A stretch of 64,000 nt of DNA from an uncultured Dehalococcoidales bacterium (GCA_964474025.1 CAYYRD010000008.1:53593-117592); one strand, 5' to 3'. Counted from the first letter of the stretch, positions 19,201 through 28,676 are shown. Notes: a model not told the origin generated them from the sequence alone. A program made the numbers and translations.

Positions 19201-19578
19201 TTGCCTCCAATCACGGTACTGGTCGTAGACGCCGCCGAGCCCATCCGCCACGGCCTGCGCGGCATCTTGAGGTCGGCCCCCCACATCGACGTTGTCGGAG
19301 AGTCCGCCAGTGGAGTTGACGCGATCGTGCAGGCGGAGAGGCTTCGCCCCGATGTGGTGCTGATCGATGCGGCCATCGCCGAACCCGGTGGCTGTGACCC
19401 TTGCGGCCGCATAAGGGAGATTGCTCCCGGATCGAAGTTCTTGTTCCTTCTCACATACGAGGAACAGCTTGACGCGGGCCTCGCAGCCAGGGCGGATGGT
19501 TACTGGCTAAAGGACGGCGGGCGCGACGCTCTCGTCCAGGCCATACAGTCCGCGGCCCCGCCGGAACCCGGCGCCTGA
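19201..19578 (+). CDS. Stand-alone receiver (REC) domain protein with an altered acidic pocket
   Basis: ITVLVVDAAEPIRHGL...DVVLIDAAI...FLFLLTYEE...GYWLKD. TTG 19201 is preceded by GGGAGAG. There is no output domain. Confidence 0.55.
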   Translation: MPPITVLVVDAAEPIRHGLRGILRSAPHIDVVGESASGVDAIVQAERLRPDVVLIDAAIAEPGGCDPCGRIREIAPGSKFLFLLTYEEQLDAGLAARADGYWLKDGGRDALVQAIQSAAPPEPGA

Positions 19579-19868
19579 TCGCTCTTTCCCTGTTTCTGCG
19601 TTTCTGCGCGCCCGGAGTCACACTCGCTTTCGGTTGTTCGCGCGGTTGATAGACGGACAGCGTCTCGGCTCAGCTGGGCGGCAATGGACAGAGAGCAGGC
19701 CATTGGCCCGGTCACCCAAAAGTATGAGCGGGGCTAGACCGTGTGGATGAGTGGAGGTTCGGATGTTTTGCCCACCGTATTTCAACTGACCTCCCGATGC
19801 TCTGGACCTGCGCCATCCCCAGAATCGTTCTCAACGAAAAGACGGGACCTGAATTACGTGAGGGCATC

Positions 19869-22169
19869 ATGCAGACCGCACAGTCATACAAGGGATCGAA
19901 TCTCTCCGCCACGGGCCGACTGGCGTCATGGAGCGCCCGGCACAAGTGGTGGGTACTCGGCCTGAGCATCTTCGCGATCGTCGTTTCGATGGCGGTTTCC
20001 AGCGCTGTGTCGCCGAAGATACTCGGCGATAACGACGCCGGACTGAAATCTGATTCCGCAAAGGCGGTCCAGCTGATTGACGAGCGGTTCGAGTTCGGTG
20101 TCGAGGACAACGAGCAACTCGTGTTCACGCACGGGTCTTATGACGCCGACGCGGGCGCCTACAGGGCGGTCGTTGAAGGCCTCGTCGAGGACCTTCGGAC
20201 CCTTCCAGAAGTCGCATCGGTCGTCACCTACTACGACACGGGTGATCGCGATGGCATGGTCGCCGATGACGGGCGCGTGCAGCGTGCTGATGTCGTCGTC
20301 GCTGATTCCGGCACAATCGCCGGTCCCGGGTCCGATATTGACTACGCCGAGCGCGTTAACCCGATTACCGAAACAGTATTCGCGGCCCGGGAAGAGGCCG
20401 AAGCGGCCGGGTTCACGATCGACATCGCAGGCGAGCTATCGATCAATACAGAGATCGACGAAATGGCCGAAGAGGACCTGGGCAGGGTGCTCATCATCTC
20501 GCTCGGTCTTGGATTGATTTTCATGCTCCTCGTATTCAGGGCTGTCGTGGCGGCGGTAATACCGCTCACACTGGCCATCGGGGCCATAATCATCGCCAAC
20601 GGTATGGCTGCGGTCATCAGCCAGTCGTACGCTCTTAACGAGTCCTACGGCGAGATGATTACGCTGCTGGGCCTGGCCGTAGGGATCGATTACTCCCTCT
20701 TCATCGTCAGCCGGTTCCGCTCCGAGCGGAAGGCCGGCGCTGCGAAGCTGGACGCCATTACCGTGGCGAGCAACACAACGGGTCGGGCGGTCTTCTACGC
20801 CGGGATCACCGTACTGCTCTCGCTCAGTGGACTGGCGCTGACCAACAACGCAATCTTCATCTCACTGGCCCTCGGCGCCATCCTGGTGGTGGCGGTTGCG
20901 ATCGTCGCTTCCCTGACGACACTGCCGGCGGTCCTGGCGATTCTTGGAGACAACATCAACAGGCTCCGCATCCCCTTCCTGAGCCGTGCAAATGGCGACG
21001 GCGTCTGGAGCCACATCGTTACACGTGTGATGGCCCGGCCTGCGATCTTCGCCGGCGTCACGGCCGCAGCCCTGATCGCCGTGGCCCTGCCGGTCCTCTC
21101 ACTGGACCTCGGTTTCAGCACCGGCTCTGCGGCGCTGCACGAAGACATGGAGACCAAGCAAGCCGTCGTCCTGCTTGAAGAGCACTTCACCGGCGGCCTG
21201 GCTGCCCCGGCTTACCTCGTCGTAGACGCTCCTGACGTAACCGCTCCGGAAGTGCGGGCCTCGGTGGCGCAGATCGTCGCAGCCGTCGGCCAGAACGAAG
21301 CTTTCTACCCGGCTTCGGATCCGGTACAGGGTCCGGCGGGCGATGCCCTTTTCATCGCCATCCCGCTCAGTGGAGATAGAGACGCCAACGAGGCGGCTGT
21401 AGACCTCCTCCGGAATGAAATCGTCACCGATGCCTTTGAGGGCACCGGCGCACGCGGACTGGTCACCGGAATGACCGCCTTCAGCATGGACTTCACGGCC
21501 CAGATGAAAGGATCAACCCCTTACGTATTCGGATTCACCCTCGGGCTGGCCTTCCTGCTCCTGCTGGTCATGTTCCGCTCGATCGTGATCCCGGTGAAGG
21601 CGATCCTCCTGAACCTGCTATCGGTAGCAGCCGCATACGGAGTCGTGGTGATGGTGTTCCAGTGGGGCTGGGGCGTAGGGCTCCTTGGCTCAGAGGCCGG
21701 AGTGATCGGCGCATGGTTGCCGCTCTTCCTCTTCGCCATCCTGTTTGGCCTGTCCATGGACTACCACATGCTCCTACTCAACCGCATCAAGGAAGGACAC
21801 GACAAGGGACTTTCGACAGATGAATCAGTCTCCCAGGGAATCCGGCTCACCGCAGGTCAGATCACGAGCGCAGCGGCCATCATGGTCGGAGTGTTCGGGT
21901 CCTTCGCCCTCGGACGGAACGTTGAGATGCAGCAGTTTGGAATCGGGCTTGGCGTGGCGGTCCTGATCGACGCCACCCTGATCCGCTCGATCCTGCTTCC
22001 GGCATCGATGAAGCTCATGGGTGACTTGAACTGGTACCTGCCGAACTGGCTCCAGTGGCTCCCCGACGTCAGCGTCGAGGGACCAGAGGCGGAGCCGGCC
22101 ACAAACACTGCCACGGTCCCCGGACCCACACCGGCTGCGGAAGCGATCCCGGTCGGAATGGGCGACTAG
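19869..22169 (+). CDS. MMPL-family (RND superfamily) membrane transporter
   Basis: Two blocks of about 6 TM segments each with large loops. Motifs GIDYSLFIVSRFRSE and GLSMDYHMLLLNRIKE. ATG 19869 follows GAGGG. Confidence 0.9.
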   Translation: MQTAQSYKGSNLSATGRLASWSARHKWWVLGLSIFAIVVSMAVSSAVSPKILGDNDAGLKSDSAKAVQLIDERFEFGVEDNEQLVFTHGSYDADAGAYRAVVEGLVEDLRTLPEVASVVTYYDTGDRDGMVADDGRVQRADVVVADSGTIAGPGSDIDYAERVNPITETVFAAREEAEAAGFTIDIAGELSINTEIDEMAEEDLGRVLIISLGLGLIFMLLVFRAVVAAVIPLTLAIGAIIIANGMAAVISQSYALNESYGEMITLLGLAVGIDYSLFIVSRFRSERKAGAAKLDAITVASNTTGRAVFYAGITVLLSLSGLALTNNAIFISLALGAILVVAVAIVASLTTLPAVLAILGDNINRLRIPFLSRANGDGVWSHIVTRVMARPAIFAGVTAAALIAVALPVLSLDLGFSTGSAALHEDMETKQAVVLLEEHFTGGLAAPAYLVVDAPDVTAPEVRASVAQIVAAVGQNEAFYPASDPVQGPAGDALFIAIPLSGDRDANEAAVDLLRNEIVTDAFEGTGARGLVTGMTAFSMDFTAQMKGSTPYVFGFTLGLAFLLLLVMFRSIVIPVKAILLNLLSVAAAYGVVVMVFQWGWGVGLLGSEAGVIGAWLPLFLFAILFGLSMDYHMLLLNRIKEGHDKGLSTDESVSQGIRLTAGQITSAAAIMVGVFGSFALGRNVEMQQFGIGLGVAVLIDATLIRSILLPASMKLMGDLNWYLPNWLQWLPDVSVEGPEAEPATNTATVPGPTPAAEAIPVGMGD

Positions 22170-22442
22170 GACCAACGCCGGCCTGCAAGGCCGGCAAGAA
22201 ACAACGGGGCCGCGTCTCTCCAGCCCTCACGAGACACGGTCCCGTTTTCTTTTGGTGTGGGAGTCAGACTCTGCCCTGAAGGCGTGGTCCTCGGGTTCCC
22301 GTTTCAGTCGTGGGGAACAGCTGCATCTATTGCTTCGGAAATTTCGCGCCGTCACTTGCGCACCCGGAGTTATCGGGGATCTCCGGGAACGCCACGGCAC
22401 TTCAGGCAAAAAGTTCCGGAACTGTGCGCCCTCATCGACCGG
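22143..22442. repeat. Direct repeat copy A (about 290 bp): MMPL 3' end plus downstream hairpins and palindrome
   Basis: Aligns with 25894..26183. Shared strings include cggaatgggcgac, gccggcaag, ccccgttttctttt, tgccctgaaggcgtgg and caggcaaaaagttccggaactgtgcgc. Confidence 0.75.
22203..22254 (+). terminator. Intrinsic terminator after the MMPL gene
   Basis: AACGGGGCCGCGTCTC-loop-GAGACACGGTCCCGTT followed by TTTCTTTT. Confidence 0.6.
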
Positions 22443-22662
22443 ATTCTTTCAATGGTCGCCTGGGCCATTCGCGGCCGTGCCATCCGTAAACTCGTTCCTG
22501 GTACAACTACTTCGATGACGAACATCGTCGCTGCTGGAATACCAACATATGAATCGGCAGACACGGGATGAAATATGTATGAATAGGGACAGTCAGATGG
22601 CCGTGAGTGGGGCAGTCCGGGCAATTCCTTGGAGAGTCACGAAGGAGTGATCGGACGAAACG

Positions 22663-25557
22663 CTATTCATGACCTGATTCGCCAGAATCGAATTGAGGGT
22701 CTTCGCCCGCCAGTCCGGTGCGGGTGGCAAAAGCGGCCGCTTCGGCGCGATTTGCTGCGCCGGTCTTGGCGAATATGTTCTGCACGTGGCGAACAACCGT
22801 GTTTGGCGAGATAGTGAGAGCCTGGGCGATTGCCCCATTGGTAAGACCACTGGCCACGAGCACAAGGACCTCGACCTCGCGCTCGGTCAAACCGGCGGCG
22901 TACGTCGTCCTCCCCCCGCGTCGCACGGGCGCCCGGTCGCTGAGCTCCGCGAGGCGTGCTTCAAGGGGCCGCATGCCAATCTCCCTGGTTATGGCGAGTG
23001 CCTCGTCGAGCAGCCCGAACGCCATTTCACGATCGCCAGGACCGGCGCGCCCGAGCAAGACTTCCGCGGCTCCCCCACACGCCCATGCCAGCCAGGGCCG
23101 GTAGCCCGCGTTTCTCGTGGACTCGATGACCGTCTCGAAACGGGCAAGCGCGTCATCGGCCCGCCCTACGGCTGCCGCCGTCCACGCAAGCTCACGGTCG
23201 CGATCCGGGACATCGGCGATCTCATCGTAAAACCGTTCGGCATCCGCCATATCACCGGCCTGTGCCAACACCTCGGCAAGCGCCCGTTTGGCATCAAACT
23301 CTATCGTCGTTAATGATCCGGCGCTGAGTACTTCCTCCGCGGCCGACCTGGCGATGGTTCGGAACTCGTCCAGATCAGTAATGCGAATGGCGTGGGGTAG
23401 CGTCGCCGTTAGCTGTGGGGCGGCGCCTGGATATGCCATGGCCTCGGACTTACTGCCATAGGATTCGCGCAACTTCTGGAGACGGGTCACGTAACTCTTG
23501 CCCTCGGTGACTTCTCCGACCTCCAACTCGACCAGCGCACGACGGGCGATCGCGCGTGCATCGTCCGCCCAGGCCTGCTGACTTCGGCCTAAGAACTCCC
23601 TGGCCCGATCCCACTCACCGAGGTTTGATGCCAGATCCCCTGCCATAAAACAAACGGTCGAGATCCGCTCCCTGTAACCAGAGCGTTGCGCCGCGGCAAT
23701 TCCTGCTTCGTACTGCTTGAAAGCTTCCTGGGGGTTGCCGCCCATGGCCAGGTCGTTTCCGGCGATGAAGCGAACCCCTGACTCCGTCAACGGGTCGTTC
23801 ACGGTTTCCGTCAAGTCAACGGCCCGCGCCAGGTATTCTGGATTCGGGCGGGCCCCTCGGATGGCAAACGTCTGCGCCAGCAACGCCATCCACAGCGCCT
23901 GAAACTCCAACGAGTGGTTGCCACGATCTTGAGCTATCTGCAATGCCCTGTCCACGGACTCGAGAACGACCTCTATACCTCGTTCGGTCGACTGGGCCAT
24001 TTGCAGCAGTATGTGGCCCTCATCCAAAGATCCGGGCGCAACCAGTTTGAGGGCTCGCTCACGAACGGATAGCAAGGCGTCGGCGATTTCGACGCTTACA
24101 CTCGGAAGCCGGGCGACGCTCACGGCGTCGCGGTTCCCACCTGTGGTTTCGTAATATTCGAAGGCGGCGGTCAGATCCGGAACCGCTTCCTCGAACTTGC
24201 GCAATGCCAGGTTTGCTCTCCCACGCCCGAAGCGAAGATCGGCAATCTCGTTGTCGATTGCATCGTCGCCCCGTGCAGCGAAAGCACGGTCGAAGTGAAC
24301 AACGGCTTGTTCGACACCTCCGGATTCCAGAGCCCGTTCACCTGCCGTTCGGCTGTAATGTATAAGTTTCGCTGTTCCGAGAACCGATTCTCCTTCGGCG
24401 AAATGCCTGGCCAATTCGGCGGCATTTTCGTCGGCGTTGTCGCCGTGAAACGATTCCATCTTGGTCGCGACCCTGGCATGTACTCGCGCGCGTCGCGTTG
24501 CTGAAAGCCTGGCGATCAACGTTTCCTGTATGAGCGCGTGAGTAAAGCGATAGAGGCCGACCGCGTCGGGGATTTCTTCTATCAGAGAGGTGCTCACGGC
24601 CCCTTCGAGCTGGTCCAATAAATTTTGGTCAGCGGCGTCGCCCAAAAGAATTTCCAGGTGCGAAGCCCGGAACTCTCTCCCCAGTACGGCGGCGACGATC
24701 AGCGCATCATTGGTCGATTCAGGCAAGCGGCGAAGACGGCGGCCTATAGCTTCCCGGACTCCGACCGGCACCCGGAATCCGTTTGGTCTTGAGTTGACCG
24801 AACGGCTCTGGCTCTCTCCTCCCGAATCTGCAAGATCACTGGCTATTTCCGACACGAAAAACGGGTTTCCAGCGGTCCGATCTTCGATATCCCGCAGTAA
24901 CTGTCCGCCGGGTGGGGTACCCGTCACGGCTGCGACGAGTTCACTGACCCCCTCGGTGTCTAATCCGCCCAGTGCGATCCGATGGAACAAACGGCCAGTC
25001 CCAATACCTCCGAGGGCTTCGGTTAAAGGGTGATCACTGGATGGATCGACGTCACGGTACATCCCGAGGACCATCACGTGGGACTCGTCGATGGAAGTGG
25101 CCGCAAATTCAAGAAGCCGGATCGAAGCCGTGTCCGCCCAGTGCAAGTCCTCAAGGATGAGCAGCACAGGCTTCTCTTCCGACGCCCGCCGAATAATCGA
25201 AGTGATGGCGTCAAATTGAAGAAAACGGACCTGCTCCGGGTCTGCGGTTTCAGGCCTCGTCGTGAAGTTTCGAGAACGCCCGGCCAACTCCGGCATTAGT
25301 CCGGACACGATGGGCGCGTGATATCCGAGTACGGCTTCAATCCGCTCATCGTCGAGTTCGCCGACGAGAGTCCTGAGCATCTGCGTCCACGGCCAGAAAG
25401 GAGGGGCGCCTGATTCTTCCGGACACCGACCCCACAGAATCAACGCATGGTGCCGGGCTGACGCCGCCAATTCTTCCGCCAACCGAGTCTTTCCGATACC
25501 CGGCTCGCCCACCAACATCGCGATTTGGCCGCGCCCCCTTTCGCTGCTTGAAAGCAC
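22663..25557 (-). CDS. LuxR/LAL-family regulator (AAA ATPase + TPR-like repeats + C-terminal LuxR HTH). The N-terminus is split by a frameshift.
   Basis: Walker A LVGEPGIGKTRL. C-terminal LTEREVEVLVLVASGLTNGAIAQALTISPNTVVRHVQNIFAKTG. The expected N-terminal 30 aa (MAAQRGQDQIIGREGEIGRLEECFQAAKGG) lie in another frame at 25536..25622. Confidence 0.85.
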   Translation of the reverse strand: MLSSSERGRGQIAMLVGEPGIGKTRLAEELAASARHHALILWGRCPEESGAPPFWPWTQMLRTLVGELDDERIEAVLGYHAPIVSGLMPELAGRSRNFTTRPETADPEQVRFLQFDAITSIIRRASEEKPVLLILEDLHWADTASIRLLEFAATSIDESHVMVLGMYRDVDPSSDHPLTEALGGIGTGRLFHRIALGGLDTEGVSELVAAVTGTPPGGQLLRDIEDRTAGNPFFVSEIASDLADSGGESQSRSVNSRPNGFRVPVGVREAIGRRLRRLPESTNDALIVAAVLGREFRASHLEILLGDAADQNLLDQLEGAVSTSLIEEIPDAVGLYRFTHALIQETLIARLSATRRARVHARVATKMESFHGDNADENAAELARHFAEGESVLGTAKLIHYSRTAGERALESGGVEQAVVHFDRAFAARGDDAIDNEIADLRFGRGRANLALRKFEEAVPDLTAAFEYYETTGGNRDAVSVARLPSVSVEIADALLSVRERALKLVAPGSLDEGHILLQMAQSTERGIEVVLESVDRALQIAQDRGNHSLEFQALWMALLAQTFAIRGARPNPEYLARAVDLTETVNDPLTESGVRFIAGNDLAMGGNPQEAFKQYEAGIAAAQRSGYRERISTVCFMAGDLASNLGEWDRAREFLGRSQQAWADDARAIARRALVELEVGEVTEGKSYVTRLQKLRESYGSKSEAMAYPGAAPQLTATLPHAIRITDLDEFRTIARSAAEEVLSAGSLTTIEFDAKRALAEVLAQAGDMADAERFYDEIADVPDRDRELAWTAAAVGRADDALARFETVIESTRNAGYRPWLAWACGGAAEVLLGRAGPGDREMAFGLLDEALAITREIGMRPLEARLAELSDRAPVRRGGRTTYAAGLTEREVEVLVLVASGLTNGAIAQALTISPNTVVRHVQNIFAKTGAANRAEAAAFATRTGLAGEDPQFDSGESGHE

Positions 25558-25893
25558 TCTTCAAGCCGCCCAATCTCACCCTCACGGCCGATTATTTGGT
25601 CCTGCCCGCGCTGCGCCGCCATCACTGCGGATGATACAGGACCGAAACATCACCGATTGGCACCGTACCGAGATCACCCTGCCTCATCAGACGACTGGGT
25701 AGCAAAAACGGTCGCAACTAATCGTGCGGTGAGGTAGATCCAATCATGATATTCAAGGATTACTAGTCCGTGGACGGCAGAAATCACCCGAGATCCGGCC
25801 CGGTCCGCTCACTCGCTTGTGAGGCTGGGCGCGAGGCTCCCGGTATGACCTTCACCCCGAATCTCGTGCCTGACTAAAGGTTAGGATTCCGAG

Positions 25894-26183
25894 GCGATCC
25901 CGGGCGGAATGGGCGACCAGGATCACCGCCGGCCCGCAGAGCCGGCAAGCCACAACGGGGCAGCGTCCCCTGAGGGCAGGAAAGACGCAGCCCCGTTTTC
26001 TTTTTGTTGAGGAATCAGACTTGCCCTGAAGGCGTGGCTCTCGGATCTTCTCATCAGTTGTGGGAGACCGGCACGACGGTTGCTTCCGGGAACTCCGGGA
26101 ACTCCGGGAACTCCGGGAACTCCGGGGACTCCAGAGGACATCAGGCAAAAAGTTCCGGAACTGTGCGCGATTCCTGATACCGG
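25894..26183. repeat. Direct repeat copy B (about 290 bp) upstream of the MFS gene
   Basis: Same order of blocks as copy A. It includes a relic of the MMPL C-terminal codons (gcgatcccgggcggaatgggcgaccagg versus gcgatcccggtcggaatgggcgactagg) and a terminator-like hairpin at 25954..26006. Confidence 0.75.
26085..26132. repeat. 9-nt tandem repeat (TCCGGGAAC x4, TCCGGGGAC, TCC) inside repeat copy B
   Basis: Read directly from the sequence. Copy A has only 1-2 units (ggggatc tccgggaac gcc). Confidence 0.9.
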
Positions 26184-26217
26184 CCCATCCGGGCCTTCGC
26201 TAGGATGACCCGTACTT

Positions 26218-27504
26218 ATGTCATCCCGGCAATCTCCAATAAACGTCACGGACAACATCGGCCCACTCTCCCCCGCCTACAACCGGTGGAAATTGCGCGC
26301 CCTTTTTGGGTTCGTCGGCTTCTACGTGTTTGTCTACATGGGCCGATTCGCCCTCTGGCCCGCTGCACCGGTCATCAAAGACGACCTGGGGTTTACACAC
26401 GTCGAAATCGGCATAATCAACGCCGCCGTCCTGTGGGGATTCGGGTTGGGCGACCTCGTGCATGGACGAATGGCCGAGACCTACGGACTGCGGCTATGGG
26501 TAATGCTCGGCGCAATCTCGACCAGCATATTCGCCGTAATCACGAGCTTCGCAAACGGGATCTGGACCTTCGCCATCCCGTGGGGATTTGCCGGCTTCGT
26601 CAACGCCACTGCCTGGGCTCCCGGAGTATCCCTGATCACACAGTGGTGGCCCCGCACCCAGCGCGGGCGCGCGCTCGGTGTCGTTGGATTCGGGGCCGGA
26701 AGTGCCATGCTCGTGATGTGGCTCGTCACGGGATGGGTCGCGTCGGAGTGGGGCTGGCGTGCTGCCTTCAGGTATCCACCACTGCTGATCGGCATCGCCG
26801 GGGTCGTCTATTTCCTGGTCGTCCGGGACCGGCCATCTGACGTCGGGCTGGAGCCGTACGAAGAGGACCCAAATTCATATACAGGCCGCGCGGAAGCGGC
26901 TTCGGCCGGCCAGTTAAAAGGATTCGGCCCATACAAAATCCTGTTCACCAACTGGCGCTTTCTGGCCGCATCCCACGTCAAAGGCCTTGAGAACATCGTT
27001 CGATACGGGCTGACGACCTGGGTCCCAATCTACTACTTCGAAGAGGGTGGGCTATCGATCGAATCCACGGTGCTGGTGACGGTTGCCCTGCCTGTCGGAT
27101 ACCTGACCGCCCCGCTGTTCTCCGGCTACATCTCTGACAGGTTCCTGGGTAGCCGACGCCGACCCATGACTCTGGCATCTGCGTTTATCAGCGCCGCAGT
27201 GTTGGTGATCATCGCGTTCACTCCGGCAAACAACGAGTTTCTCGGAGCATTTCTCTTGCTCATCGGCGGGTTTGCCATGAGCCTCACTCTCATAGCCGCG
27301 ACCGCCGTCGACATCGGTGGTCGGCACATGGCGGCGACCGCCAGCGGAGTGCTCGACGCCCACGGATACGCTTACGCCGGCGCTCAGGCCCTCATATTCA
27401 GCGTCATCCTGGATGCCAGCGGCAGCCCGTGGGAAATCGTGTTTATCGCGATGGCCGGAGTCCGGCTCATCTCGGCCGGAATCATCTGGCTGGTGCGCAT
27501 CTAA
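26218..27504 (+). CDS. MFS transporter (sugar-phosphate/organic-anion permease-like)
   Basis: 12 predicted hydrophobic segments. GRFALWPAAPVIKDDLGF...GFGLGDLVHGRMAETYGLR resembles the MFS_1 loop 2-3 motif. Confidence 0.85.
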   Translation: MSSRQSPINVTDNIGPLSPAYNRWKLRALFGFVGFYVFVYMGRFALWPAAPVIKDDLGFTHVEIGIINAAVLWGFGLGDLVHGRMAETYGLRLWVMLGAISTSIFAVITSFANGIWTFAIPWGFAGFVNATAWAPGVSLITQWWPRTQRGRALGVVGFGAGSAMLVMWLVTGWVASEWGWRAAFRYPPLLIGIAGVVYFLVVRDRPSDVGLEPYEEDPNSYTGRAEAASAGQLKGFGPYKILFTNWRFLAASHVKGLENIVRYGLTTWVPIYYFEEGGLSIESTVLVTVALPVGYLTAPLFSGYISDRFLGSRRRPMTLASAFISAAVLVIIAFTPANNEFLGAFLLLIGGFAMSLTLIAATAVDIGGRHMAATASGVLDAHGYAYAGAQALIFSVILDASGSPWEIVFIAMAGVRLISAGIIWLVRI

Positions 27505-27584
27505 GCCCCGTGTAGACTGCGCCGAGCGAAAGCGCCTTGATGCGACGGTCATGGCAGCTACTTCGTCAGCCAGGGAGGTGTCTG

Positions 27585-28676
27585 ATGCGGATACCACGCA
27601 CCACGGAAGAGATCACGCCGGAGTGGCTGACCGAAGCGCTACGCGCCGGGGGACACCTGGACGAAGGGCGTGCCGAGTCTGTCCAGTTCGAGCGCATCGG
27701 TATTGGACTCGGATTCGCATCACTGGTGGCGCGCGGCGTCGTCCATTACGCAGACAATTCAGGGGATGCGCCAACGACAATCGTCGCGAAGTTGCCGTCC
27801 GGTCATGCTGAGACCGATGAACTGGTCACACGCATGGGATTTGCCGACCGTGAAGTCCGGTTTTTCAGCGAAATTGCCCTCAACGTTGGCGTCCCTGTTC
27901 CGCGCCATTACTACGCCGACAGCGATCGCTTGACGGGTGAATACGTTCTGTTGCTGGAAGACCTGTCCGAAGCGCGACCTGGCGATCAGGTGAACGGGTG
28001 TTCACCGGAAGACGCGGAACTTGTCGTCAGGAATCTCGCAATGTTGCACGCCCGGTGGTGGGAGAGCGGCCAGCTGGATAGTTTGGATTGGCTATTCGCT
28101 ACGGCAAATCCGGAAACACTTGGAGTGATAGCCGACAACTATAGATCCAACTGGGAGCGGGTCGCTGCGGCAGTCGGCTCCCGATTTCCTGACGGTGTTT
28201 ACACAATCGCCGAGCGTCTGGGGCCGCATTTCGAGGGAACGATGCGGCCACTCGGTGAATCTCCCGTCACGCTCAATCATGGCGACGGCCGACTCGGCAA
28301 CCTGTTTTTTCGAGACAACGGTGGGAGTCCCGAAGTCGTACGGATCGACTGGCAGTTGGCATCACAATCCCGTGGCGCAGCCGACCTGGCTTATTTCATC
28401 ATCTTCAGCTTTTCGCTGGAGGAACGGCGGCGACATGAAGGGGCCCTTCTACACATCTATCACGATGCGCTGGCGGAATACGGAGTCAGCGGTTATTCAT
28501 TCGATCAGCTGAATGACGACTACCGACTGGGATTGTTCCGCTTTCTGACGATAGGCGTCGGTGCGCTCGCCAACCTCGATATGGACAGCGAGGCCGGTCG
28601 AGCCACAATCGAGGCGGGGTTACCACGCCTGACGGGACTGGTCGACTGGGATTGCGGCGCGCTGATCCCGGATTAA
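27585..28676 (+). CDS. Phosphotransferase-family protein (APH / CHK / EcKL-like kinase), paralog 1
   Basis: MRIPRTTEEITPEWLTEAL..., catalytic LNHGDGRLGNLFF and IDWQLASQSRGAADLAYF. GGGAGG lies 6 nt before ATG 27585. Confidence 0.8.
   Translation: MRIPRTTEEITPEWLTEALRAGGHLDEGRAESVQFERIGIGLGFASLVARGVVHYADNSGDAPTTIVAKLPSGHAETDELVTRMGFADREVRFFSEIALNVGVPVPRHYYADSDRLTGEYVLLLEDLSEARPGDQVNGCSPEDAELVVRNLAMLHARWWESGQLDSLDWLFATANPETLGVIADNYRSNWERVAAAVGSRFPDGVYTIAERLGPHFEGTMRPLGESPVTLNHGDGRLGNLFFRDNGGSPEVVRIDWQLASQSRGAADLAYFIIFSFSLEERRRHEGALLHIYHDALAEYGVSGYSFDQLNDDYRLGLFRFLTIGVGALANLDMDSEAGRATIEAGLPRLTGLVDWDCGALIPD

Noticed and set aside
22143-26183. Repeat-bracketed LuxR segment as an integrated mobile element
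   Set aside because: There is no integrase, transposase or recombinase, no terminal inverted repeats and no tRNA target. The flanking repeats are long (about 290 bp) and diverged, unlike target-site duplications. It is treated as an ancient duplication or regulatory module instead.
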